The notes under the pieces were generated by a model, which was given only the letters and a program-made list of their open reading frames with translations, had not been told where the DNA came from and did not search any database. A DNA stretch of 64,000 bases from Spartobacteria bacterium (GTDB taxonomy: Bacteria; Verrucomicrobiota; Verrucomicrobiia; Chthoniobacterales; UBA6821): positions 203,421 through 267,420 of the forward strand of contig CANKWU010000001.1 in the NCBI GenBank assembly GCA_947487385.1. Reading direction: 5' to 3'. The translations under genes and the position numbers were made by a program. The first letter of the stretch is position 1. The number at the start of each line of letters is the position of its first letter. Shown here one piece after another: positions 29,005-38,386 of this stretch.

Positions 29005-30881
29005 CAGTTGGTATTGCCGGGAACTGCTAGAAGCTCCTCGAGTTCCGCAACCCTGCGTTCGAAGAGGGCCAGTGCCGTACTAACTGGTTCGGGTGAGCGC
29101 ATGTCGACGCCAGCCTCTGCCAGGGTCTCAATCGGGAACTTGCTGCCGCCACTCTTCAGGAATCCGAAGTAGCGGTCTGTATTCCCCGTTTTGAGAACCT
29201 GATCAGCCAGAGTGATAGCGGCCGAGATTCCGGTGGCGTACTTGTAAACATAGAACGCACTATAGAAATGCGGGATGCGGAGGCACTCCAGTTCTAGCTC
29301 CTCGTCGATCACGACACCGGTTCCGAAGTAATTGTCCAGGAGCGAACGGTACATTTTGCGGAAGCTCTCGAGTGTCAGGGCTGCTCCCGATTCTTCGGCG
29401 GCGTGTGTGATTTTTTCGAATTCCGCAAACATTGTCTGCCGGAAAAGCGTGCCACGGAGGTCATCGATCTGACGATTGATCAGGTAGGCCCTCATGGGGC
29501 GCTCCTTGGTCTGGGAGAGCAGATGCTCGGTGAGCAGGATCTCGTTAAAGGTCGAGGCCACCTCGGCCAGGAAGATCGGATAGTGGTAATTCTGAAAACT
29601 CTGGTTTCTTCTTGAGTACCAAGTGTGCATCGAATGACCCGCCTCATGGGCCAGCGTGTAGATATCGGAGAAGACATCCTGCTTGTAGTTCATAAGGATG
29701 TAGGGAGGGGCCTGATAGGTTCCGTAGGAAAAGGCCCCGCTGCGCTTCCCCTTATTCTCATAGCGGTCACACCATCGCTCCTGGCTGAGACCTCGGGAAA
29801 GTGTCTGTGTGTATTCCGATCCAAGCGGGTGAAGCGACTTCACCACCATGTCGATTGCCTGATCGAACGGGACATCACTCTGTACTGCCGAGACTAGTGG
29901 GGCATAGGTGTCGTAGACATGCAGATCCGAGAGATTGAAAAGTCGCTGACGCAGCCCATAATACTTGTGAAGAGCAGGAAGACGTGAGCGGACAGCCTCA
30001 ATCAGGCTGTCATAGACGGAGGCCGGGACATTATCGGCGAAGAGTGAGGCCTCCCGCGCCGAGGAATAATGGCGGGCCTTGGCAAGGAAGACATCACCCT
30101 TGATCGAGCTGGCAAGTGAACTGGCCAGCGTGAAGCGGTGGGCAGTGAACTCCTTATAGAATTTCTGGAAGGCCTCCTTGCGGACAATGCGGTCGGGGCG
30201 CTGGAGTAGGGAGGAAAAGCTGCTCTGGGTCAGCTCGATCTCCTGTCCCCGGTCGTCGAGTACAGTGCCGAAATTCATGTCGACATTCGTGAGTTGGGAG
30301 AAGGTCTCGTGATGCCCTCCGAGAGCCGGCATCGAGAGGGAGATCAGACGCTCCTCCTTATTACTCAGAATATGAGGCTTGAGACGACGGAGGTTCTGCA
30401 GAGTGATCTGCCAGTCAGCAAGCAACGGATTGGCTAGGAATTCCACGAACATCGCGTCGGGAATTTCTTGGATCTCCGGGGCGATCCAGGAACTGGTCTC
30501 GCTGATCTTGGCACAGAGTGAGGCAAGGCGTCCGTCACGGTCGAGGGCATCATCATTTGAACTGTCCTCGGAAAGACGCAGCCCAGCGTATTGGTTCAGA
30601 CGCTCACTGGAGCGATCCAGAGACGATTCAAACGCAAGTGCCGTGGCGAGATCCTCCGCGCTTTTCGCTAGGGTTCCCTTGAAGGCATTGATCTCTTCGT
30701 AGCGTGAGGCAAGATCCGAGAACTCGGCCTCCCAGGCCAGATCATCCCGAAAAATGTGTGTGAGATCCCATGTCTCAGCGGCAGGGACTTCACTACGATT
30801 TTTGAGGGTGGAGACAGGCAAATCCACCGACAGATCAGCAATCCATGCAACCCGATGACTCCGACCGTGGATGAGAGACAT
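29004..30881 (-). CDS. pepF: Oligoendopeptidase F (M3B)
   Basis: TWDLTHIF, GKRSGAFS, PYILMNY, TLAHEAGHSMH (HExxH), AEVASTFNE, IPHFY..FYVYKYA. Confidence 0.95.
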   Translation of the reverse strand: MSLIHGRSHRVAWIADLSVDLPVSTLKNRSEVPAAETWDLTHIFRDDLAWEAEFSDLASRYEEINAFKGTLAKSAEDLATALAFESSLDRSSERLNQYAGLRLSEDSSNDDALDRDGRLASLCAKISETSSWIAPEIQEIPDAMFVEFLANPLLADWQITLQNLRRLKPHILSNKEERLISLSMPALGGHHETFSQLTNVDMNFGTVLDDRGQEIELTQSSFSSLLQRPDRIVRKEAFQKFYKEFTAHRFTLASSLASSIKGDVFLAKARHYSSAREASLFADNVPASVYDSLIEAVRSRLPALHKYYGLRQRLFNLSDLHVYDTYAPLVSAVQSDVPFDQAIDMVVKSLHPLGSEYTQTLSRGLSQERWCDRYENKGKRSGAFSYGTYQAPPYILMNYKQDVFSDIYTLAHEAGHSMHTWYSRRNQSFQNYHYPIFLAEVASTFNEILLTEHLLSQTKERPMRAYLINRQIDDLRGTLFRQTMFAEFEKITHAAEESGAALTLESFRKMYRSLLDNYFGTGVVIDEELELECLRIPHFYSAFYVYKYATGISAAITLADQVLKTGNTDRYFGFLKSGGSKFPIETLAEAGVDMRSPEPVSTALALFERRVAELEELLAVPGNTN

Positions 30882-30887
30882 CAGATG

Positions 30888-31637
30888 TTACTTCTGAGCC
30901 TTACCCTGCGAGGCAACGGCCGCTGCCGCAGCGGCAATAGCCTCTTGGTCGCCGAGATAGTAATGGCGGATCGGCTTCAGATTATCATCCAGCTCGTAAA
31001 CAAGTGGAATGCCGGTTGGGATGTTCAGCGCCAGCACCTCTTCCTCGCTGAGATCATCGAAGTACTTCACGAGGGCACGGAGGGTATTCCCATGGGCGGT
31101 CACCAGGACCTTCTCGCCGCGCTTAACCGCAGGAGCAATCTCGTTGTGCCAGTAGGGTAGAACGCGATTCACGGTATCCTTGAGGCATTCGGTGAAGGGG
31201 AGTTCCGCCTCGGGCACATCCTTGTAGCGGGGATCATACCCTGGGAAACGTTCGTCGCTTTTTTCAAGGGCTGGAGGCGGCACATCGTAGCTGCGGCGCC
31301 AGATATGAACCTGGTCGTCACCGAACTTCGCAGCGGTTTCCGCTTTATTGAGCCCCTGTAGGGATCCGTAGTGACGCTCATTCAGGCGCCAGGAAAGCTG
31401 AACTGGAATCCATAGCTCATCCAATTCATCCAAAATCATCCAATTGGTGCGTAGGGCACGCTTGAGAACGGAAACAAACGAACGGTCGAATTTGTAACCC
31501 TCCCTCTTGAGAAGCTGACCGGCTGCCTTGGCTTCATTCAGGCCCTTGGCATTCAGATCAACATCGGTCCAACCGGTGAAACGGTTTTCTTGGTTCCAAG
31601 TGCTTTCGCCGTGGCGGATGAGAACGAGTTTATGCAT
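30888..31637 (-). CDS. gpmA: 2,3-bisphosphoglycerate-dependent phosphoglycerate mutase
   Basis: [48 protein letters not shown]. Confidence 0.97.
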   Translation of the reverse strand: MHKLVLIRHGESTWNQENRFTGWTDVDLNAKGLNEAKAAGQLLKREGYKFDRSFVSVLKRALRTNWMILDELDELWIPVQLSWRLNERHYGSLQGLNKAETAAKFGDDQVHIWRRSYDVPPPALEKSDERFPGYDPRYKDVPEAELPFTECLKDTVNRVLPYWHNEIAPAVKRGEKVLVTAHGNTLRALVKYFDDLSEEEVLALNIPTGIPLVYELDDNLKPIRHYYLGDQEAIAAAAAAVASQGKAQK

Positions 31638-31842
31638 TTGATTTGATATTACGCAGAAAGATCACTTTTTGAGAAGAAGTGGCTTGGGCTTTATACCCTG
31701 TACGATCTGGTGTTGTTCTATTGCCTCTTTTTTTGCCCTCTTGCTCCAGCGAGTAGCCCCATGGGAAAATGGCAAGCGGTAAGAGAGCAATGGCAGAACG
31801 CAGCGCGCCAGAAATCCCAAGTTTCCAGCTCAGATCTCTAGC

Positions 31843-33102
31843 TTAGGCTTTAACCCGTTCGATGTGAGCGCCGAGGCCATTCAACTTTTCGTCGATAGCC
31901 TCGTAGCCGCGGTCGATGTGATAAACCCGGTTGATCTCGGTCACCCCATCTGCGGGTAGGGCGGCAAGGACAAGGGCGGCCGAGGCACGCAGATCGCTGG
32001 CCATGACGGGGGCACCACTGAGGCGCTCGACTCCGTGAATAGTGGCGCGGTGATCGGCAAGATCGATGTTTGCTCCCATGCGTTTCAACTCTGCAACATG
32101 CATAAAGCGCTGGGGGAAGACGGTCTCGGTGACGACGCTGGTGCCTTTCATTGTAGAAAGCATGGCACAGAACTGGGCCTGCATGTCGGTCGGGAAACCG
32201 GGGTAGGGGATCGTTTCAAGATGGAGCGGTTTGCGCGCGCCGTTTGGCGAGATCGAGACAGTGTCGCTCGTCAGAGCAAGGTCGAATCCGGCATCCTTAA
32301 GGGCATGAATTACTGCTCTGAGATGGTTCGGTTCGGTCCTGGTGATGGTGACTCTCTTCCCTGCGATTGCACCGGCTACAAGAAATGTGCCAGCCTCAAT
32401 GCGGTCCGGGATGACCGTGTGATTGGCCCCGTGTAGTTCAGCGACTCCCTCTATCTCGATATGATGGGAACCGGCCCCAGAAATCCTGGCTCCCATGGCA
32501 GTGAGGAAGTGGGCCAGGTCAACAACTTCGGGTTCCTCGGCTGCTCCCTCGATGATGGTTGTCCCCTCGGCCAGAACTGCAGCCATCATGATGTTCCCGG
32601 TGCCTAGGACGGTAGGGCCCTGACGACCGCGCAGGTTAATGCGGGTTCCCTTGAGTTTCTCTGCATGAAGCAAGATGTCGCCACCCTTAACGGTCACTTT
32701 TGCACCGAGGGCTTCGAACCCTTTCAGGTGAAGATCGATCGGACGGTCTCCGATAACGCAACCGCCGGGTAGAGAGACTTTGGCGGATTTTTCACGGCCA
32801 AGCAGCGGGCCGAGGACGCAGACTGAGGCGCGCATCTTTCGGACGATTTCGTAGGGGGCCTCCGTGATAATTTTCTCGGCACGGATCTGGACCACGCCGC
32901 TGGCTCGTTCCACTTCGGCACCCAGGCTGCTGAGGATGGTAAGCATGTAGTGGATGTCGCTCAGGTCGGGAACGCGGTCGATGACACACTTTTCCTTTGT
33001 CAGCAGAGCTGCGGCCAGGATCGGAAGTGCGGAGTTCTTGGAACCTCCGATACGGACTTCACCCTCTAGGGTTCTGCCACCGTGAACGAGAATCTTATCC
33101 AT
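31843..33102 (-). CDS. murA: UDP-N-acetylglucosamine 1-carboxyvinyltransferase
   Basis: GSKNSALP, KMRASV, LPGGCVIGDRPIDLH, PYPGFPTDMQ, DLRASAAL, IDRGY. Confidence 0.97.
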   Translation of the reverse strand: MDKILVHGGRTLEGEVRIGGSKNSALPILAAALLTKEKCVIDRVPDLSDIHYMLTILSSLGAEVERASGVVQIRAEKIITEAPYEIVRKMRASVCVLGPLLGREKSAKVSLPGGCVIGDRPIDLHLKGFEALGAKVTVKGGDILLHAEKLKGTRINLRGRQGPTVLGTGNIMMAAVLAEGTTIIEGAAEEPEVVDLAHFLTAMGARISGAGSHHIEIEGVAELHGANHTVIPDRIEAGTFLVAGAIAGKRVTITRTEPNHLRAVIHALKDAGFDLALTSDTVSISPNGARKPLHLETIPYPGFPTDMQAQFCAMLSTMKGTSVVTETVFPQRFMHVAELKRMGANIDLADHRATIHGVERLSGAPVMASDLRASAALVLAALPADGVTEINRVYHIDRGYEAIDEKLNGLGAHIERVKA

Positions 33103-33123
33103 AATGCGTTTCTTTCTTCCTGA

Positions 33124-33987
33124 TCAATTGCCCTTCATCGCTTCGATGAAACGCAGAACCCCTTGGTAATCGGAGAGGGGTGTAATGTCGCGATAATTAT
33201 GCTCGGCCAGACAGGTCTTGACCTCTTCCGACTGGCCGATTCCGATTTCAAGAAGTAGATGTCCGCCTGCGTTAAGGCGATCGTAGGCCAGAGGTGCCAG
33301 TCGGCGAACAAGATCAAGACCGTCAGCACCACCATCGAGAGCCAACAGGGGGTCATGTTGCACTTCACGGCTGAGTGTCGGGATCTCTGCCGAGGGAATA
33401 TAGGGGAGATTGGCAGTGATCAGATCGAAGGATTCCTTTTCCAAGGATGCAGGGATGAGGTCGGCTTCATGAAAGATGATGCGATCAACTCCGAGGAGCG
33501 AGGCATTCTCTCGGGCTAGCGAAAGAGCTTCGGAGGAGATATCAGTGGCAACGATCATGGCACTAGGATACTCCAGGGCCAGAGTGAGGGAAATGATGCC
33601 ACTGCCCGTGGCGACATCCAGGATAGAAGAGCTCTTGCAGCCTAGGTTGGTATAGGTCAGGGCACGCTCGACTAACTGTTCGGTCTCGGGGCGGGGGATT
33701 AGGGCCCTGTTATCACTGTTGAAGGTGCGTCCGCAGAACTCGACGGTGCCGAGTAGATGCTGAAGAGGAATGCCGGTACCGCGCCTGCGGATGAGATCTC
33801 GTAATGGAGCTCGCTCAATCTCACCGAGAGGTCTGTCAAACTGCAGGTAGAGATCCATCCTCTTGAGACTAAGGACATGGGCGAGCAGGTGCTCGGCATT
33901 GAGTCGCGCAGATTCCACTCCCTGCTTGCCTAAGAACTCGGAGGCTCCCTTGAGTACATCCAGCAAGGACATCATGGCAGTTGCCAT
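33124..33987 (-). CDS. prmC: Release factor glutamine methyltransferase
   Basis: ALIPRPETE, LDVATGSG, ITANLPYI (NPPY-like), LDGGADGL; downstream of prfA. Confidence 0.93.
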   Translation of the reverse strand: MATAMMSLLDVLKGASEFLGKQGVESARLNAEHLLAHVLSLKRMDLYLQFDRPLGEIERAPLRDLIRRRGTGIPLQHLLGTVEFCGRTFNSDNRALIPRPETEQLVERALTYTNLGCKSSSILDVATGSGIISLTLALEYPSAMIVATDISSEALSLARENASLLGVDRIIFHEADLIPASLEKESFDLITANLPYIPSAEIPTLSREVQHDPLLALDGGADGLDLVRRLAPLAYDRLNAGGHLLLEIGIGQSEEVKTCLAEHNYRDITPLSDYQGVLRFIEAMKGN

Positions 33988-33989
33988 GC

Positions 33990-35072
33990 CTATTGGGAGA
34001 CCGATGCCTCGAGACGTTGTTGGGTGTCTGCGGCCCCGATGGCAGCAATCAGGTCGGCAATCTCTCCCTCCATGAAGCGGTCAAGATTGTAGAGGGTCAC
34101 TCCGATACGGTGCTCGGTGAGACGGTTCTGCGGGAAGTTGTAGGTGCGGATTTTCTCCTCCCGCCCTCCGGAGCCAATCTGGCTCTTTCGGTGGGCGGCG
34201 TATTTCTGAGCTTCCTCGTCGCGCTTCTCTTCAAGGAGTCTCGAACGCAGGATGGTGATGGCTTTTTCCTTATTCTTCTGTTGGCTGCGGCCATCCTGAC
34301 ATCGCACAATCTTGCCCGTAGGGATATGCATGACTTGGACGGCAGAGTCTGTGGTATTCACCCCCTGACCTCCGGGACCACCAGCGCGGCAGACCTCGAT
34401 GCGGAGATCCTGAGGACGAAGTTCGAAGTCGACCTCCTCGGCCTCAGGAAGGACGGCCACGGTAGCCGTGGAAGTGTGGATGCGTCCCTGAGCCTCGGTT
34501 GCGGGAACACGCTGGACGCGGTGGACGCCGCTCTCGTAACGGAGCCTGCGGAAGACATCGGTGCCGAAAATCTGGAAAATCACTTCCTTGAATCCGCCGG
34601 CATCATTCGGACTTGCCTCGATCAGCTCGTAGCGCAGTCCTGCAGCCTCGGCATAGCGAGTGTACATCCGGTAGAGATCTCCGGCAAAGATCGCGGCTTC
34701 GGAACCACCGGCCCCGGCACGGATTTCGACGATGGCATCGCGATCATCATCGGGCTGGGGAGGGAGGAGTGACACAAGAACGGTCTGCTCAAGCTTTGGT
34801 ATCCTGGCATTGATCTCCTCAATCTCGGCCTTGGCCAGGTCAGCCATCTCTGCGTCATTCCCGGAGGCCAGCTCCTCATTCTCAACAAGCTGGGCAAGGC
34901 AGCTCTCCATCTCGTCCCAAGTAGAGATGAGTTCTTTCATCCGGGCATGCTCCTTGAGCACCTCGCGGGCCTTCTTGGAATCGTCGAAGAGGGAGGGGTC
35001 AGTAATCTCCTTTTCGAGCTCCTCAAAGCGCTGACGCCTTTTGGCGATCAGTGGTTTAAAATCCAGATTCAT
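33990..35072 (-). CDS. prfA: Peptide chain release factor 1
   Basis: EIRAGAGGSEA, ESGVHRVQRVPAT (PxT), GPGGQGVN (GGQ), IRTYNFPQ. ATG 35072 chosen; a GTG alternative lies at 35087. Confidence 0.97.
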   Translation of the reverse strand: MNLDFKPLIAKRRQRFEELEKEITDPSLFDDSKKAREVLKEHARMKELISTWDEMESCLAQLVENEELASGNDAEMADLAKAEIEEINARIPKLEQTVLVSLLPPQPDDDRDAIVEIRAGAGGSEAAIFAGDLYRMYTRYAEAAGLRYELIEASPNDAGGFKEVIFQIFGTDVFRRLRYESGVHRVQRVPATEAQGRIHTSTATVAVLPEAEEVDFELRPQDLRIEVCRAGGPGGQGVNTTDSAVQVMHIPTGKIVRCQDGRSQQKNKEKAITILRSRLLEEKRDEEAQKYAAHRKSQIGSGGREEKIRTYNFPQNRLTEHRIGVTLYNLDRFMEGEIADLIAAIGAADTQQRLEASVSQ

Positions 35073-35108
35073 GTCCGTGGCTCTCACTGTTACGTTCGGG
35101 AGCCGCCC

Positions 35109-35157
35109 GGCACCGGCCTATTCCGGTGCCAATCGTCCTCCCGACTCGCGGTCGGGA
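35109..35157. other. Two adjacent GC-rich hairpins in the rpmE-prfA spacer
   Basis: GGCACCGG-N6-CCGGTGCC (35109-35130) and TCCCGAC-N5-GTCGGGA (35139-35157), both perfect stems. Confidence 0.7.
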
Positions 35158-35166
35158 AGTAGGAAG

Positions 35167-35409
35167 CTAGGCCTTGGAAGAGAGCTTCGGCTTGGTCGCG
35201 CGAGTTGCGCGGACATTGCCGTAGCGGCGCGTGAACTTCTCGATGCGGCCAGCCGTGTCGATGAACTTTTGCTCACCAGTAAAGTAAGGGTGGCATGCAG
35301 AGCAGATGCCGATCTTGATATTATCACGGGTCGAGCGGGTCTGGTAAGCGGTGCCGCAGGCGCAGATGATCGTCGTCGGGTTGTAGTTAGGATGAAGACC
35401 GGCTTTCAT
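35167..35409 (-). CDS. rpmE: 50S ribosomal protein L31 (Zn-binding type)
   Basis: MKAGLHPNY..ICACG...ICSACHPYFTGEQKFIDTAGRIEKF. Confidence 0.97.
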   Translation of the reverse strand: MKAGLHPNYNPTTIICACGTAYQTRSTRDNIKIGICSACHPYFTGEQKFIDTAGRIEKFTRRYGNVRATRATKPKLSSKA

Positions 35410-35440
35410 AGGAGTTGTTTAGAATGTAGAAAAGAGTGAC

Positions 35441-35510
35441 GAAAGGCAAAAGGAAAAATGAAGAATGAAAAAAAGGAATGACTTTTCCATTCCGCATCAT
35501 TCCTCATTCA
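35441..35510. repeat. 7-nt-period inverted arms (RGAATGA / TCATTCY)
   Basis: aaaatga-agaatga..ggaatga opposite tcattcc-tcattca; the latter forms the last codons and stop of the Ahb-like gene. Confidence 0.65.
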
Positions 35511-36597
35511 TACTTTTCAGCCATTCTTTGTAGATAAGCGGTGAGATCTCGGAGGGCTTGATCTCGCTACGTCCACCCCAGAAGACATTCGTATAGAGGA
35601 GTGGGATTCCGGCTTCCTGAAGGTGGCGATCCATGGCCGCCTTGTGCTCAAGGACACGTTCCTTGTCAGTGCCGTGCGCCACGCCCATAATATTCACATT
35701 ATTGAACTCCGGGCCGCCTTCGCGCCAGTAACAGTGGGTCATGATGTCATGTCGACCGATCTCGGCACCGGCTTCGGCTTCTCGACCGGGAGGAACCGCC
35801 CAGTGAAAGAGGGCGTTGAATCGTGTGACGCGCACTCCGGTGGCAGAAGGCTTCACATGTTCTAGGAAGGTGGAGAAGCGTCCCAGCAACTTGCGATCCA
35901 GGAAGGAAAGAGCGACATCATAGAATTCAGCAGCCGTGACGCCTGCTGCCTCGGCTCTCCTCAGCCAAGGGAAACTGGTTATTTCATCGGGTGTGAACTC
36001 GCGCTTCAACTCCAAGAGGATACGCCATTCCAGATCCGTGAGATAAACAACCGCAGGGCTCATCATAGTGGCGGGTTCCTCGGAGCGCTCTCCCGGAAGG
36101 GAGCTCTTGCGGCGGACATGTCCGACCCCCAGCGTGAATATTCCCTTCGCCTGCATGATGCGGTAGGCGTCAGCGCCGATTTTTTTCGCGAGCAGTTCAC
36201 AATGCTCTGTCAGTGAGAATCCAGCCGGAACCTTGAGTGTCGTCCAGAGACGGAACGCACCTCCCTCGATCCGGGCATCCGTGGAACGCACCACGACATG
36301 GCCTGAGAAGGGGTCCTCCTTGAAGAGGAATTCAAAAGCCGCTTCAAGACTGTCTTCGGGGACACGCCACGCAATGAGGGCACCCTCGGCAAGATTGTTC
36401 GCAATCAAGGTCTGACGGACGCGTCGGATGGTTCCTGCCTCTAGCATGGCGCGGATGCGTGTCAGGACTGTCTCCAAGGGTTGGCCTGACTGCTCGGCCA
36501 CCACGGCAAAAGGATCCTCATGGAATCCGGCGATCTTGTCCTCGGAGATTGCAAGGATGGAAGCATTGATGGGGTCGTTGTGCTCGATAGGAATCAT
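35497..36597 (-). CDS. Fused AhbA/AhbB (NirDL)-like protein, Lrp/AsnC fold; putative siroheme decarboxylase
   Basis: Two HTH plus RAM modules (PFAVVAEQSG...GTIRR; PWLRRAEAAG...KLLGRF); HCYWR motif in the C-terminal half. Confidence 0.6.
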   Translation of the reverse strand: MIPIEHNDPINASILAISEDKIAGFHEDPFAVVAEQSGQPLETVLTRIRAMLEAGTIRRVRQTLIANNLAEGALIAWRVPEDSLEAAFEFLFKEDPFSGHVVVRSTDARIEGGAFRLWTTLKVPAGFSLTEHCELLAKKIGADAYRIMQAKGIFTLGVGHVRRKSSLPGERSEEPATMMSPAVVYLTDLEWRILLELKREFTPDEITSFPWLRRAEAAGVTAAEFYDVALSFLDRKLLGRFSTFLEHVKPSATGVRVTRFNALFHWAVPPGREAEAGAEIGRHDIMTHCYWREGGPEFNNVNIMGVAHGTDKERVLEHKAAMDRHLQEAGIPLLYTNVFWGGRSEIKPSEISPLIYKEWLKSMNEE

Positions 36598-36659
36598 ATC
36601 AATAGGCTGTTAGCGGTTTAGGCTGAAAGTTGTTAGGTCCAAGAAGAAAAGGATGGATG

Positions 36660-36704
36660 TTGAAATTCAGAGAGCCATGAAATGGGGCTGCACTGAAATT
36701 TCAA
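36660..36704. other. Intergenic stem-loop
   Basis: TTGAAATTCAG...AGCCAT-GAA-ATGGGGCT...CTGAAATTTCAA nested inverted repeat between the aminotransferase and the Ahb-like gene. Confidence 0.5.
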
Positions 36705-36724
36705 GGCATGTATTTCCAGATTTG

Positions 36725-37891
36725 TCACTTGATGGATTCCGAGAGAACGTCAAGGACGCGGTCGATCTCTTGCTCCGTATTGTAAAAATGAGGGCTGAAG
36801 CGAAGCCAGAACCCATGGTCACGGGTCTTCCGATAAGAGGCTGAGATACTGGCGTGCTCTAATGTCGCGATCAGTTCGGCAGGATCCTTTGAAGGATGAC
36901 GCGTGGTGAGGATGCCGGAGCGGAGAGGTTCGTGGCTCCGTGGTGAGAGAAACTCGAAGCCCAGTCCTGCAAAGCCCGCTTCCAGGCGATCTCGACGCTC
37001 CAGGATAAGCGAAGAGATTGTGGGGATTCCCTGCTCGCGGATCAGATTGATCGAGGCTCTCATCCCGTAGATGCCAGCGACATTCAGGACACCCGGTTCG
37101 TAGCGACGGCCCCCCTCCTCGAACTCAATCGTCCGCTGAGCCAAGAAGTCGGGCGATTTGATATTCCAGGAGCCTAGCAGGGTGGGGCGGCAGGTCTCGA
37201 AGTGTTCCTGAGCCACATAGACGATTCCCGCTGCCAGTGGTCCGAGCATCCATTTGTGGGCATCGGCAGAGAGGAAATCGACCTCATTTGCCGGGGTGGG
37301 GAAGGCGCCCAGGGTTTGGATTGCATCAAGCGAAAAAAGGATCCCTCGCTTGCGTAGGAGGGCACTGATGGCGGGAATATCAATCCTCCAGCCCGTTTGG
37401 AAATGGCAGGAGGCCAGTGCGACCAGTCGTGTGTTGGAAGTCAAGGATGCCTCGACGCTCTCTGGGGTGATTCTGCCGAGGGATTCGGTCTCTAGCCATT
37501 TAATGATGACTCCACGGCTCTGGAGATTGAGCCAAGGATAGACATTGGCTGGATAGTCGTCGCCATAGACAACGACCTCGTCACCGTTCCTCCAGTCGAT
37601 GCCATTGGCAAAGAGGCTCAGGCCGAGTGATGTCGGACCAAGTAAAGCGATCTCTTCTGCGGAAACTCCCAGAAGGTCTGCTGAGTCCGACCGTGTCCGG
37701 GCCACCTCCTTAAGCACACCTCCGAACTCCTGCTGATCTTCGCTGCTGGAGTCGATGTAGTTCTTCATTGCCTGAGCCGCGCAGGCTGGCAGTGCTGTCA
37801 CTCCGGCATGGCCGAGAAAGATACGCTTCCTTGTAACGGGAAAGGATTCCAAGCGCGCTGCTTCGCTCGCGTCACTGGACAATAGACTCAT
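36725..37891 (-). CDS. Class V PLP-dependent aminotransferase-family enzyme
   Basis: FLGHAGVT, SLDAIQTLG, SADAHKWMLGP (PLP Lys), LRFSPHFYNT. Confidence 0.88.
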   Translation of the reverse strand: MSLLSSDASEAARLESFPVTRKRIFLGHAGVTALPACAAQAMKNYIDSSSEDQQEFGGVLKEVARTRSDSADLLGVSAEEIALLGPTSLGLSLFANGIDWRNGDEVVVYGDDYPANVYPWLNLQSRGVIIKWLETESLGRITPESVEASLTSNTRLVALASCHFQTGWRIDIPAISALLRKRGILFSLDAIQTLGAFPTPANEVDFLSADAHKWMLGPLAAGIVYVAQEHFETCRPTLLGSWNIKSPDFLAQRTIEFEEGGRRYEPGVLNVAGIYGMRASINLIREQGIPTISSLILERRDRLEAGFAGLGFEFLSPRSHEPLRSGILTTRHPSKDPAELIATLEHASISASYRKTRDHGFWLRFSPHFYNTEQEIDRVLDVLSESIK

Positions 37892-38271
37892 CTAGCCTTG
37901 TCCATGGTTTCGGTCGATGTCTCGTGGATCATCTTCCAAAACTGATCGGTCGTTTCCGCCTGATCTCCATTATCGTCAACGTCGTTCATCGGGAGCTTCG
38001 ATCGGAACAGGAAATCACGGATGGTGTTCTTGTGAAGGACACGGTGAATCAAGATCCCCTCAGTATGGCGCTCGAAGTAGATCCGGTGATCCCGGCAACG
38101 GAAGCGGTGGAGTGTGCGCCCGTCACGCTGGATCGTATTAAAACTGGCTCCATCCAGAGAGTTTAGGTCTTCGGGCAGAATCTGAAATTCAGCAAGCAGG
38201 TCGAGCTGAAGGTCCTTGGGTAGGACGCTCATCTCGGAGGCGCTTACGGGGTTGAAGATGACTTGAAACAC
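37888..38271 (-). CDS. RelE/ParE-fold protein without an adjacent antitoxin
   Basis: MFQVIF...LHRFRCRDHRIYFE..EGILIHRVLHK resembles the RelE beta-sheet signature; GTG start; ATGA overlap with the aminotransferase. Confidence 0.55.
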   Translation of the reverse strand: MFQVIFNPVSASEMSVLPKDLQLDLLAEFQILPEDLNSLDGASFNTIQRDGRTLHRFRCRDHRIYFERHTEGILIHRVLHKNTIRDFLFRSKLPMNDVDDNGDQAETTDQFWKMIHETSTETMDKAR

Positions 38272-38386
38272 AGTTTGTATATGGTAGTGGAATCAGGAAA
38301 AAAGCACAGGCTTAAAGGGGATTAAAAGGCTGGCATGGGTCCCCCCCCTTTTTTTAACGCGTTAATCCAGGTGAAAGCACCTCTCC

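Noticed and set aside
33981-34772. 263-aa plus-strand ORF
   Set aside because: Antisense shadow of prfA, expected from codon bias.
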